From an uncultured Candidatus Saccharibacteria bacterium (GTDB lineage: Bacteria; Patescibacteriota; Minisyncoccia; UBA6257; 02-FULL-45-10c): DNA of 25,147 nucleotides. Both the position numbers and the translations under genes were made by a program. Location: positions 1-25,147 of the forward strand of contig CAYHXS010000002.1 in the NCBI GenBank assembly GCA_964360665.1, written 5' to 3'. Shown one piece after another: positions 16,660-24,876 of the stretch. The notes below the pieces were generated by a model that worked only from the letters and a program-made list of their open reading frames with translations, was not told the DNA's origin and ran no database searches. Each line of letters opens with the position of its first letter. Within the stretch, counting starts at the first letter, position 1.

Positions 16660-16998
16660 TTACTTAATTTCCAAACGGAGCATCCGTTTACGCCTTAAAG
16701 TGTTCTTGGGAAGCATCCTTTCCACCGCCATCCGCAAAACTTTAGCCGGATCTTTTTCAAAAACCTCCTGTAAAGTTTTGGAATATAAATGCCCCATATA
16801 TCCGGTATGGCGATAATATTTTTTTTGAACCAACTTTTTTCCGGAAAAAACCATTTTCTTAATATTAGCCACGAATACTTTGTCCGCTCCCGCGAGACGA
16901 GGCTCATAATAAGCGCTTTTTTTGCCCTGCAAAATCATAGCTATTTCCGAAGCCAATCTTCCCAATATTTTATTTGTGGCGTCAATTTTATATTCCAT
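16660..16998 (-). CDS. rplM: 50S ribosomal protein L13
   Basis: IDATNKILGRLASEIA, GDKV, YYRHTGY, MLPKN. Start at MEYKID (16998). Confidence 0.97.
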   Translation of the reverse strand: MEYKIDATNKILGRLASEIAMILQGKKSAYYEPRLAGADKVFVANIKKMVFSGKKLVQKKYYRHTGYMGHLYSKTLQEVFEKDPAKVLRMAVERMLPKNTLRRKRMLRLEIK

Positions 16999-17008
16999 AA
17001 GCAATGCT

Positions 17009-17347
17009 TTATTTAACAAATTCAATTATTGCCTGTTTTGCCGCGTCGCGCTTCCGCACTTTGGCGGTCTTTAAAATTCTCAAATATCCGCCGGGCCGGT
17101 TCTGATATCGCGGAGCGATTTCATAATATAACTTTGAAGCGGCGGCTTTCGGCAAACGGGAAAGCAACAAACGGAAACTGGCCAAATTCTGTTTTTTGGC
17201 AAGCGAAACCAGCCGTTCCACTAAAGGCCGGAGTTCTCTGGCGCGCGCGTCAGTCGTATTTATTTTCTCTTTCATGATTAAATTGTGTTCCAGAGTTTTT
17301 AGGAAAACCTTCCGCTTCCCCCGGACCCTGCCGAATTTGCGATGCAT
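17009..17347 (-). CDS. rplQ: 50S ribosomal protein L17
   Basis: RKFGR, INTTDARAREL, RPGGYLRILK, RDAA. Confidence 0.97.
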   Translation of the reverse strand: MHRKFGRVRGKRKVFLKTLEHNLIMKEKINTTDARARELRPLVERLVSLAKKQNLASFRLLLSRLPKAAASKLYYEIAPRYQNRPGGYLRILKTAKVRKRDAAKQAIIEFVK

Positions 17348-18132
17348 TATTTTTTTGATTTTTTAACCGTTTTCTTTTTCGCGGCTGTTTTGTTTTTTTT
17401 GGCTTCCGGTTTTTCGGAAACAACGGCCTCGGCTTCTTTAACTTCAATCTGGGAAATCTTGTCAAAATGGTCTTTTAAAATATTACTGGCTTTGTGCAAA
17501 GCTGACGAAGGAGTAATGCTGCCGTCGGTAGTAATGGAAATTATCAGGCGGTTATAATCGGTCCGCTCGCCCACGCGCATATTTTCCACGGAAAAATTCG
17601 CCTTAACTACCGGCGAAAAAGCCGCGTCCAAAGCTACTGTGCCGATTGGAAGTTTTTCCGCTTTTTGCGATTCCACCGGAACAAACCCCAATCCGCGCTC
17701 CACCGTCAGTTCCATTTCCAGTTCGGCGGATTTATCGGATAAAACGGCAATCGGGGCATCGGGAGTCACCAATTCAACATTCGCGTTAAGTTCAATATCC
17801 GAAGAAGTAATCACCTTTTCGCCCTTAACTTTTAAAGTCAGCGTTTGCGGTTCGTCGGTATGAAGGCGAAAACGGATTTTCTTCAAATTCAAACCGATTT
17901 CCACGACATCTTCCACAACGCCAGGAATAGTGGAAAACTGATGCCCAACTCCCCTAATTTTAAATTGAGTAACCGCTGCTCCCGGCAAAGACGAAAAAAG
18001 CACGCGGCGCAAAGTATTGCCAACAGTAATTCCATAACCTTTATAAAGACCCTCAACCTCAAATACTCCCTCGGTATTGGTTTCCGAAACTTTTTTTATA
18101 ATCACTGATTCGCTTAAATAGGCAAATTGCAT
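17347..18132 (-). CDS. rpoA: RNA polymerase alpha subunit lacking the alpha-CTD, with Lys/Ala-rich tail
   Basis: GYGITVGNTLRRVLFSS, FSTIPGVVEDV, GLGFVP, FSPV, RVGERTDY; ends at 261 aa with KPEAKKNKTAAKKKTVKKSKK. Confidence 0.96.
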   Translation of the reverse strand: MQFAYLSESVIIKKVSETNTEGVFEVEGLYKGYGITVGNTLRRVLFSSLPGAAVTQFKIRGVGHQFSTIPGVVEDVVEIGLNLKKIRFRLHTDEPQTLTLKVKGEKVITSSDIELNANVELVTPDAPIAVLSDKSAELEMELTVERGLGFVPVESQKAEKLPIGTVALDAAFSPVVKANFSVENMRVGERTDYNRLIISITTDGSITPSSALHKASNILKDHFDKISQIEVKEAEAVVSEKPEAKKNKTAAKKKTVKKSKK

Positions 18133-18166
18133 ATTATATAAATTTTATTAATAATAATTTTAATTT

Positions 18167-18781
18167 TTATTTTGAATAATAATCAACGACCATATTGACG
18201 TCAAAAGGCACTTCTATATCTTTTGGCAAAGCCACCATTTCCCCTTCCAATTTATCCGCATCAATCCGCAGCCAAGCCGGCGCTTCGTATTTTTTTAATA
18301 ATTCACCGATACCTTTCAAGACCGGATGGTCCTTTGATTGCGGCCGAATGGAAATCCTATCTTTGATTTTCACCAAATAAGACGGGGCAGAAACTCTTTT
18401 TCCGTTAACTAAAATATGCCCATGGCCGACCAGCTGCCTTGCCACGGAACGTGATGCCGTTAAACCAAGGCGGAAAACCACATTATCCAATCTCCGTTCC
18501 AGCATCTGAATAATCAGGTTACCGGTTAAACCGGGATTTTTCATAGCAGCGGAAAAAATGTTTTTCATCTGAGTTTCCCGTATTCCATAACTGGCTTTGA
18601 TTTTCTGCTTCTCCGCCAATTGCTGGCCAAATTCGGAAAGCGCGCGACGGCGCGCCTGACCGTGAAGGCCCGGGCGGTACGGCCTTTTCACCAAAACGCA
18701 TTTTGGAGAATTACAACGATGGGCTTTCAAGAAAAGCCTGGTTCCCAACGCGCGTTCTTTTTTTTCTTTGGTATTAAACAT
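18167..18781 (-). CDS. rpsD: 30S ribosomal protein S4
   Basis: SEFGQQLAEKQK, LERRLDNVVFRLG, ARQLVGHGH, VVDYYSK. Confidence 0.98.
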   Translation of the reverse strand: MFNTKEKKERALGTRLFLKAHRCNSPKCVLVKRPYRPGLHGQARRRALSEFGQQLAEKQKIKASYGIRETQMKNIFSAAMKNPGLTGNLIIQMLERRLDNVVFRLGLTASRSVARQLVGHGHILVNGKRVSAPSYLVKIKDRISIRPQSKDHPVLKGIGELLKKYEAPAWLRIDADKLEGEMVALPKDIEVPFDVNMVVDYYSK

Positions 18782-18788
18782 AAAAATT

Positions 18789-19244
18789 TTATACTCTCCT
18801 TACCTTCTTCGGCCTCGGGCCGTTATGCGCAATCGGCGTAATATCCCTAATGGATAAAATATTAAAACCCTGATTAGCCAAAGAACGGATAGCCGAGTCC
18901 CGTCCGCTGCCTACTCCGGTAACAAAAATTTCAATGCTGGTAAGGCCGGTTTTTTTCAATTTTTCCGCCAGAGCGGCAATAATCTTTGAAGCGGCGAACG
19001 GCGTGGCTTTTTTCGGACCGGAAAATCCCAGAGATCCGGCGGACGCCCAGGATAAAACATTGCCCGCCTCGTCGGTCACCGTGATAATCGTATTATTATA
19101 GGAAGCTTTAATATAAACATTTCCCTTCTGGATATTTTTGCTTGAAGAAGATTTATTGGAAGCCTTAGAAATTTTTTCTTCCAATTTATCCTTTTCCTTC
19201 AACGCTTCTTCCTGTGTTTGTTTTATGACTTTTTTCTTTCCCAT
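18789..19244 (-). CDS. rpsK: 30S ribosomal protein S11
   Basis: ASYNNTIIT, GPKKATPFAA, GSGRDSAIR, DITPIAHNGPRP. Confidence 0.98.
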   Translation of the reverse strand: MGKKKVIKQTQEEALKEKDKLEEKISKASNKSSSSKNIQKGNVYIKASYNNTIITVTDEAGNVLSWASAGSLGFSGPKKATPFAASKIIAALAEKLKKTGLTSIEIFVTGVGSGRDSAIRSLANQGFNILSIRDITPIAHNGPRPKKVRRV

Positions 19245-19257
19245 AAATAAATATAGT

Positions 19258-19641
19258 TTACTTCAATTCGCTCTTACGTTTGCCGCTTCCGGCGGTTTTA
19301 CGGACATTGCCGCGGACAGTGCGGGAATTTGTCTTGGTCCGCTGGCCGCGCACCGGCAAATGCCTTAAATGCCTGATGCCGCGGTACGCCTGCAATTCTT
19401 TCAACATATTGATGTTTTGTTTTATCACCTGCCTAAGTTCGCCTTCAATTTTAAAATTCTTTTCTATGAATTCTTTAATCTTGCTTACCTCGTCCTGTGT
19501 CAGATCTTTCGCCCGCTTGTTTTCATTGATATGCGTGGCGGCTAAAATTTTCTTAGCCAAAGAACGGCCGATGCCGTAAAGATACATCAATGAAATTTCA
19601 ATTTTTTTATTATCAGGAATATTTACGCCGATTATACGCAT
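19258..19641 (-). CDS. rpsM: 30S ribosomal protein S13
   Basis: RIIGVNIP, YGIG, EGELR, RGIRH, PVRGQRTKTNSRT. Confidence 0.98.
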   Translation of the reverse strand: MRIIGVNIPDNKKIEISLMYLYGIGRSLAKKILAATHINENKRAKDLTQDEVSKIKEFIEKNFKIEGELRQVIKQNINMLKELQAYRGIRHLRHLPVRGQRTKTNSRTVRGNVRKTAGSGKRKSELK

Positions 19642-19657
19642 ATATATATTTAAAATT

Positions 19658-19771
19658 CTAACCTTGCCTTTGCTTATGTTTTTTAATTTTACATACGATA
19701 AACACGCGGTTCTTTCTCCGCACCGCTTTACAATCCTTGCAAACTGTTTTTACCGATGATCGTACTTTCAT
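19658..19771 (-). CDS. rpmJ: 50S ribosomal protein L36 (Zn-binding form), absent from the ORF track
   Basis: Hand translation [37 protein letters not shown]; canonical position between infA and rpsM. Confidence 0.96.
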   Translation of the reverse strand: MKVRSSVKTVCKDCKAVRRKNRVFIVCKIKKHKQRQG

Positions 19772-19776
19772 GTTTA

Positions 19777-19995
19777 TTAAAGCCTCCTGACAATTCTTCC
19801 CCGGCGGTCATCATAAGGAGTCAGTTCCACAAGCACCCGGTCACCCGGAAGAATTTTTATGTAATTCATCCGCATTTTTCCCGAGAGATGGCCAAGAATT
19901 TCTTTACCTTCGCGCGTCTTAAGACGAAACGAAGCTCCGGGAAGGGCTTCTTCAACAACCGCCTCTGCTTTAATGGTGTCTTTAGGGGAATTCAC
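19777..19995 (-). CDS. infA: Translation initiation factor IF-1
   Basis: [32 protein letters not shown]. Confidence 0.97.
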   Translation of the reverse strand: MNSPKDTIKAEAVVEEALPGASFRLKTREGKEILGHLSGKMRMNYIKILPGDRVLVELTPYDDRRGRIVRRL

Positions 19996-20024
19996 TTAGT
20001 TTATCTTACGCAATAATAGAAAAA

Positions 20025-20054
20025 AGTATAGCATCAAATAGCCTCATAAGTCAA
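20025..20054 (-). promoter_or_regulatory. Strong sigma70 promoter for the infA-rpsI operon
   Basis: Minus strand TTGACT-N18-TATACT with an extended -10 TG. Confidence 0.7.
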
Positions 20055-20074
20055 CTATCCGGATAGCCGCCGTT

Positions 20075-21700
20075 CTATTCCACCACGATTTTAATTTTAT
20101 CCGGAGAAACCGGGACCCGTTTAACCCAGATCGGCCAAAGCGAAACGGTTACGCTTTCAATTCCCGGCAAACCCGAAAGTGAGAACTGGAGCTCATTTTT
20201 AGACTTTCCGGCAAGCCTTGAACGCAATCCGCCAATATCAACTTTTTCCGCCAGAACCGCGTTAAAATTAACAGGAAAAGTCAGTTTGCCTTTTTCAAAA
20301 TCAATGCGCGCCAGTCCGAATTCCAAAGTATAATTCTTCACCTCAAAATTATCTCCAGCGTCGTAAATAACACGCTTAACCAACAAATCCTTGACATCGC
20401 TTTCCTTGAACGCGATTGCCGACATTTGCGCTTCGCTGAAAACTCCGAATTGGCTGTCTTCGCCGGCATCAGTATCAACTTTCTGGCTGATAACGCTGTA
20501 AGAAGTCGCTCCGTCAACGATTTTAAATTCCTTGGGAATCTGGGTGATTAGTAAAACTTTTAAGCTGTCTCTCAAAGACGTTCCGGCGTTTTCTTTCGCT
20601 TTTTTAATGTCGCTGTCAGTCGGGTAAGCCATTTCACCGACAAAACCACCGCTCATATTGCCGGTTGATTCGCCGTAAAACGCCTGATACTTCGGCGTTC
20701 CCTTAACAAAACCAGGAATGGTAAAAAGTTTAACTGGTCCGATGTTGTAATCAGGACCAGGCTTATCTGCCACCACCTCCGCTTCAATGCTGGAAGAAAT
20801 AATTTTCCCATCCGTAATTTTCGCGCCCGGGACGGTAATGCCTTTGGTCAAAAGAAAAATCTTGCCGTCCGGCGTCATAAAACGGGTTTTCACAAGCAAG
20901 GGCTGGGGATCGGAGCTATAACTATTGTAAACATTGATTTTTCCAGTCGCTTTTTTCTCCACTTGCCGTTTCCCGGTAGCCGGAAATTTCAATTGGACAT
21001 TTTTTTTCTGGAAAAAAACCTGCGCCGGAACACTCATCTTCTGGATATCAATCACCGCGGTTTTATCGGCTAAAATAGAATTGTTATACGCTCCATCCTG
21101 CTTTTTGGCGGTAATTTTCACGTCTGCTTCCGGCAACACCCTGACAGCGACAAAAACAATCGCCACTGCCACTGCCAGCGCGGCAATTCCGATAAAAACT
21201 TTCTTAACGGAACTTCCCGACGGCATTAACAGCCCAAAATTTATTTTAGGAAATCTTATTTTCGGCAAAGAAAATCTCCTGGCAGGCTTTTTAATTTCCA
21301 TAGGCCTGTTTAGCCGCGCTTCCAAAGCGGCAAATTTATCTTCTACTGCCATTTCCGCTGGTTCTTTTTTATTCAATTTTCCAATAGGTTGCCTTCTTAT
21401 TTTAATTTGCTGGGGAGCGACAATGTCAGAAAACTGCCGCTTGTTTTTAGCAAAAAACGGATTGACAGACGCCAGGCCGCTCATTTCCGAAAGTTCGGTA
21501 ATATGGTCGTCAACCGACTCCACGGAAACTCTTTTCCCGATCGCATCCGCCTCCCGTTTCAATAAATAAAAATTACTCAAAGATTCACCGATATGCGCGA
21601 AACGCGGAACAACTAAAGTTATGTCGTTGTCGTCCGCCTCAATTATTTTTTCAACGATTACCGCTATTTCGTCACTTTTATTTACAACAATTTTCTTCAT
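20075..21700 (-). CDS. Bitopic membrane protein with C-terminal baseplate J/gp47-like domain (tentative)
   Basis: ~90-aa N-terminal globular domain, charged linker, TM helix VFIGIAALAVAVAIVFVAV, beta-rich C-terminal part with EVVADKPGPDYNI resembling baseplate-J-type repeats (recalled, not computed). Confidence 0.6.
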   Translation of the reverse strand: MKKIVVNKSDEIAVIVEKIIEADDNDITLVVPRFAHIGESLSNFYLLKREADAIGKRVSVESVDDHITELSEMSGLASVNPFFAKNKRQFSDIVAPQQIKIRRQPIGKLNKKEPAEMAVEDKFAALEARLNRPMEIKKPARRFSLPKIRFPKINFGLLMPSGSSVKKVFIGIAALAVAVAIVFVAVRVLPEADVKITAKKQDGAYNNSILADKTAVIDIQKMSVPAQVFFQKKNVQLKFPATGKRQVEKKATGKINVYNSYSSDPQPLLVKTRFMTPDGKIFLLTKGITVPGAKITDGKIISSSIEAEVVADKPGPDYNIGPVKLFTIPGFVKGTPKYQAFYGESTGNMSGGFVGEMAYPTDSDIKKAKENAGTSLRDSLKVLLITQIPKEFKIVDGATSYSVISQKVDTDAGEDSQFGVFSEAQMSAIAFKESDVKDLLVKRVIYDAGDNFEVKNYTLEFGLARIDFEKGKLTFPVNFNAVLAEKVDIGGLRSRLAGKSKNELQFSLSGLPGIESVTVSLWPIWVKRVPVSPDKIKIVVE

Positions 21701-21721
21701 TATTATTTAAAAAATACTTGA

Positions 21722-22927
21722 TTAATTTACCAGCCACCTCATTCTCCGATTTGCTAAACGGCTTAAAATATCGTTTTTCGGCAAAAAATCCATTTCCAAA
21801 ACCGCCCCCAAAAGAGAAACAGGATTTTTCACCGGAGTCGCTGACTTAAATTGTACCTTATAGCCAAGTTTTTCGGTAATCATCGATGTGGATAACGACA
21901 ACAGTTTTACGGATTTTTGAAATCGCGACTGAAAACGGCTGGAATAAACTATCTGCGGAAAGTTTAAAAAGGCATTCAAATAGATGGACGCGCCGGCATC
22001 GCCCAGCAAAGATTCTATCCCGTTGGCAAAAACATAAAGTTCTTTTAATAAAAGGGTTTCAAATTTCCTTAAAAAATTCTGAGAAACGCTGCTGGAAACA
22101 TAGGTGTTAATCATCGCAACCGCGGTCTCCTGGTCAACCTTCAGATAGCGACACAAGAGATTATTCAAAGCATTCCCTCCCCAATCAAAACTGTCATGAT
22201 GGGATAAGCGGTCTCCCGCCGACACGAACATGGATGTTTGATTGGGAAAAAGGTTAATCGCGTAAAAATTATTACTGCCAACGATTTTGGAAAGCACGTG
22301 GCAAAGCGCGGTGCCAGCTTCAGTTATAAAAACCACATTCAGATTCTGGTCTAATTCCCGGATTCCCCTCAGTAATTCTTTGCCGACTAAGGTCTGGCTA
22401 AAAAATATTTCCACGGCCCTTGCCTTAAAACCGATGGGGTTTACAACCCGGTGACCATCCAAACGGATGTCACGGATGCGGACATCGCTTAAAATAACAT
22501 CAACATCGTCAATGCCCATTTTTTGGGCGACACGCCAGCGGTTCTTGTCAAAAAATCTCCAGATGGACTGTGAAATAAGGTTATCCAAATCCGCTTCATC
22601 AATAATTTCCCGGGAGTTCTGGCGAACCAGAGAAACCGAGGAGTGCGTCGTGGTCGCCAAAGTTGAGTCCAGACTTAAAATAACTTTATACTTCTCCAGC
22701 TTTCTGATTTTCTTCAAAAGCATCCGCGTGCCATGCAAAACATTCGCCGCGGTAAACTCCGGAACCTGGCGGATAAAGTTCTTCAATACCAAAATTTCCC
22801 TTTTTTCAGGATTTAATTTCAGAAGCGAAACTTGGACGTAATGATTAAGGATTTCTAAAACAAGGTAGTCCTCCCCTTTAACAAAGAGATTGGAAAAAGC
22901 CTCTTTTATGTGATTAAATCCCAACAC
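21722..22927 (-). CDS. FtsA-like actin-fold protein with degenerate nucleotide-binding motifs
   Basis: RLDGHRVVNPIGFKA (FtsA 1C-like), ITEAGTAL, FDWGGNALNNLL..YLKVD; phosphate motifs appear as VLEILNH and INLFPNQT. Start at GTG 22927 preferred (TGnTATACT-N5); the ORF track gives 22942. Confidence 0.6.
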   Translation of the reverse strand: MLGFNHIKEAFSNLFVKGEDYLVLEILNHYVQVSLLKLNPEKREILVLKNFIRQVPEFTAANVLHGTRMLLKKIRKLEKYKVILSLDSTLATTTHSSVSLVRQNSREIIDEADLDNLISQSIWRFFDKNRWRVAQKMGIDDVDVILSDVRIRDIRLDGHRVVNPIGFKARAVEIFFSQTLVGKELLRGIRELDQNLNVVFITEAGTALCHVLSKIVGSNNFYAINLFPNQTSMFVSAGDRLSHHDSFDWGGNALNNLLCRYLKVDQETAVAMINTYVSSSVSQNFLRKFETLLLKELYVFANGIESLLGDAGASIYLNAFLNFPQIVYSSRFQSRFQKSVKLLSLSTSMITEKLGYKVQFKSATPVKNPVSLLGAVLEMDFLPKNDILSRLANRRMRWLVN

Positions 22928-22980
22928 ATTTAAGTATAGCACACCATTCGGCGCCTTAACTATTTGCCTACCAACACCGA

Positions 22981-24846
22981 CTATTCAACCGCCGCTCTTA
23001 TTCTCCGCACTCCGGCGCCAACAGCTTCTTGTTTAATGATACGAAATCTGCCGATTTTAAAAGTATTGGTAACATGTGGTCCGCCGCAGAATTCCTTGCT
23101 AAAAGGTTGCTCCTCTTTGCCAACTGGCGAATCAGAGCCAATCGTGTAAACTTTTACACGATTGGGATATTTTTCCTTGAAAAAATAAAGTGCGTTGGTT
23201 TTTTTCGCTTCTTCAATCGGCAATTCCTGATAAGTAACCGGCAGATCTTTTTCCACTGTTTCATTAACTAACGCTTCTGTTTTTTTTAACTCTTCATCGG
23301 TCAATTTGCGCGGAAAAGAAAAATCAAAGCGCGTCCGTTCGGCCGTAATGTCCGAACCCATTTGTTTTACTTCCGAGCCAAGCACTTTGCGAAGCGCCGC
23401 CTGCAAAAGATGCGTTGCCGTGTGCAAACGGACTACTTTTTCCATCTCTTCTTCGCTGGACGCTTTCAATTCTCCGGTATTCAAAACCAATCCATGCCCG
23501 CCGAATTTCTTTTCCATTCCCGCCCGGGAAATTTCCTGGTGTTTTTTAAACTCCACCTCCAAATCTTCTTTTTGCAAATCTTTCACTTTTTCCGGCACCA
23601 ATTCCTGTAAAAGCTCAAAAGGCAACCCAAAAGTTTCATAGATATAAAAAGCGTCTTTCGCGAAAATCACTTCATATCTTTCAATTTCTTTCACGCCAAG
23701 AGCCAATGCTTTTTCAAACTTAGTTTTTTCGTCCATCAACACCGCCAAAATTTCTTCGGTATTTTTTACTTCCGGATAAGCGGCGCCGAAAATGTCTTTT
23801 ACTATGCCGACTGAAAGCGTAAAAAGTTCCGCGTGAATGTCATATTTAATCCCGTAAACCAAAATCCGGCGGAGCAATCGCCGCAAAATATAGCCCGCTT
23901 CTTTATTTAACGGCCGGACGCCGTCCGCAACCAGAAAAATTGAAGCGCGCAAATGGTCAGCCAAAACCCGCAAAACCCGGTCTTCTAAACCCGGCTTAGC
24001 TTTTTTAATCATAAAAATCAGCGGCTCAAAAAGGTCTGTTTCAAAAATATTATCCTTGCCCTGCATCACCATAACTAAACGCTCAAAACCCCGGCCGTTA
24101 TCAATAGATTTCTGTTCCAGCGGAACGTATTTACCGTCCGGCAATTTATTATATTGCATGAAAACATCATTGCCGATTTCCATAAAGCGCCCACAATCGC
24201 AATTAGGATGACAAACCGGCCCGAATTTTAAATCATGGGGTTTTCCGAAACAATAAAACATTTCCGAATCCGGACCCGCGGGGCCGGGACCGCCGGTTTC
24301 CCACCAATTTTTTTCACGGCCGTAAAGAAAAATTCTTTCCCCGACTTTCGCTTCAATTCCCGCTTTCTTAAACTGCTCCTGCCAAATGCGGATTGCCTCC
24401 TTGTCCTGCGGCACTTCGTCGTCGCCCTTAAAGGCAGTCACATAAAGAAGCTCTGGATCAAGCCCAAGCCCTTCTTCCGAAGTAATAAATTCAAAAGATA
24501 AAGGAATGGCTTTTTCCTTAAAATATCCCCCCTGGCCGGGCAGGCCCTGGCCGGGCAGGCCGAAAGAAAAATTGCCGAGCATTTCAAAAAAAGTAAGGTG
24601 GGTTTTATCTCCCACTTCTTCAATATCCGAAGTCCGAAAACACTTCTGCGCCGATGCCGTATTTTTACTGCCAAAATCACGCATCGGATCCGCCTTGCCG
24701 ACATAATACGGCTTAAACTGCTGCATGCCGGCAGTGGTCAAAAGCACCGAAGGGTCGTCCGGAATAAGCGAAGCTGAAGGAACAACCGCGTGTCCGCGAT
24801 CTTTAAAAAATTTCAGGAATTTTTTACGGATTTCCTGCGAATTCAT
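22981..24846 (-). CDS. alaS: Alanine--tRNA ligase (catalytic plus editing domains, no C-Ala)
   Basis: LLTTAGMQQFK, QKCFR, HLTFFEMLGNFSFG, GPAGPDSE, IDNGRGFERL, editing motifs HTATH and CGGPH; ends at GVRRIRAAVE. Confidence 0.97.
   Translation of the reverse strand: MNSQEIRKKFLKFFKDRGHAVVPSASLIPDDPSVLLTTAGMQQFKPYYVGKADPMRDFGSKNTASAQKCFRTSDIEEVGDKTHLTFFEMLGNFSFGLPGQGLPGQGGYFKEKAIPLSFEFITSEEGLGLDPELLYVTAFKGDDEVPQDKEAIRIWQEQFKKAGIEAKVGERIFLYGREKNWWETGGPGPAGPDSEMFYCFGKPHDLKFGPVCHPNCDCGRFMEIGNDVFMQYNKLPDGKYVPLEQKSIDNGRGFERLVMVMQGKDNIFETDLFEPLIFMIKKAKPGLEDRVLRVLADHLRASIFLVADGVRPLNKEAGYILRRLLRRILVYGIKYDIHAELFTLSVGIVKDIFGAAYPEVKNTEEILAVLMDEKTKFEKALALGVKEIERYEVIFAKDAFYIYETFGLPFELLQELVPEKVKDLQKEDLEVEFKKHQEISRAGMEKKFGGHGLVLNTGELKASSEEEMEKVVRLHTATHLLQAALRKVLGSEVKQMGSDITAERTRFDFSFPRKLTDEELKKTEALVNETVEKDLPVTYQELPIEEAKKTNALYFFKEKYPNRVKVYTIGSDSPVGKEEQPFSKEFCGGPHVTNTFKIGRFRIIKQEAVGAGVRRIRAAVE
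24531..24560. repeat. Tandem 2x15-bp near-palindromic insert in alaS (LPGQGLPGQG)
   Basis: cctggccgggcaggc x2; splits the conserved GNFSFG|xYFK segment. Confidence 0.9.
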
Positions 24847-24853
24847 ATAAAAA

Positions 24854-24862
24854 ATGTTATCA
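24854..24862 (-). promoter_or_regulatory. Extended -10 (TGnTAACAT) 7 nt upstream of the alaS ATG
   Basis: Minus strand tg-a-taacat-tttttat-ATG. Confidence 0.45.
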
Positions 24863-24876
24863 CGAAAATAAGAAAC

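Noticed and set aside
20075-21700. Prophage or contractile-tail locus
   Set aside because: No other phage or tail genes, integrase or att sites; the gene has a TM anchor and housekeeping neighbours.
354-24706. Numerous 60-160-aa ORFs overlapping recognised genes
   Set aside because: Antisense or alternate-frame shadows with no motifs.
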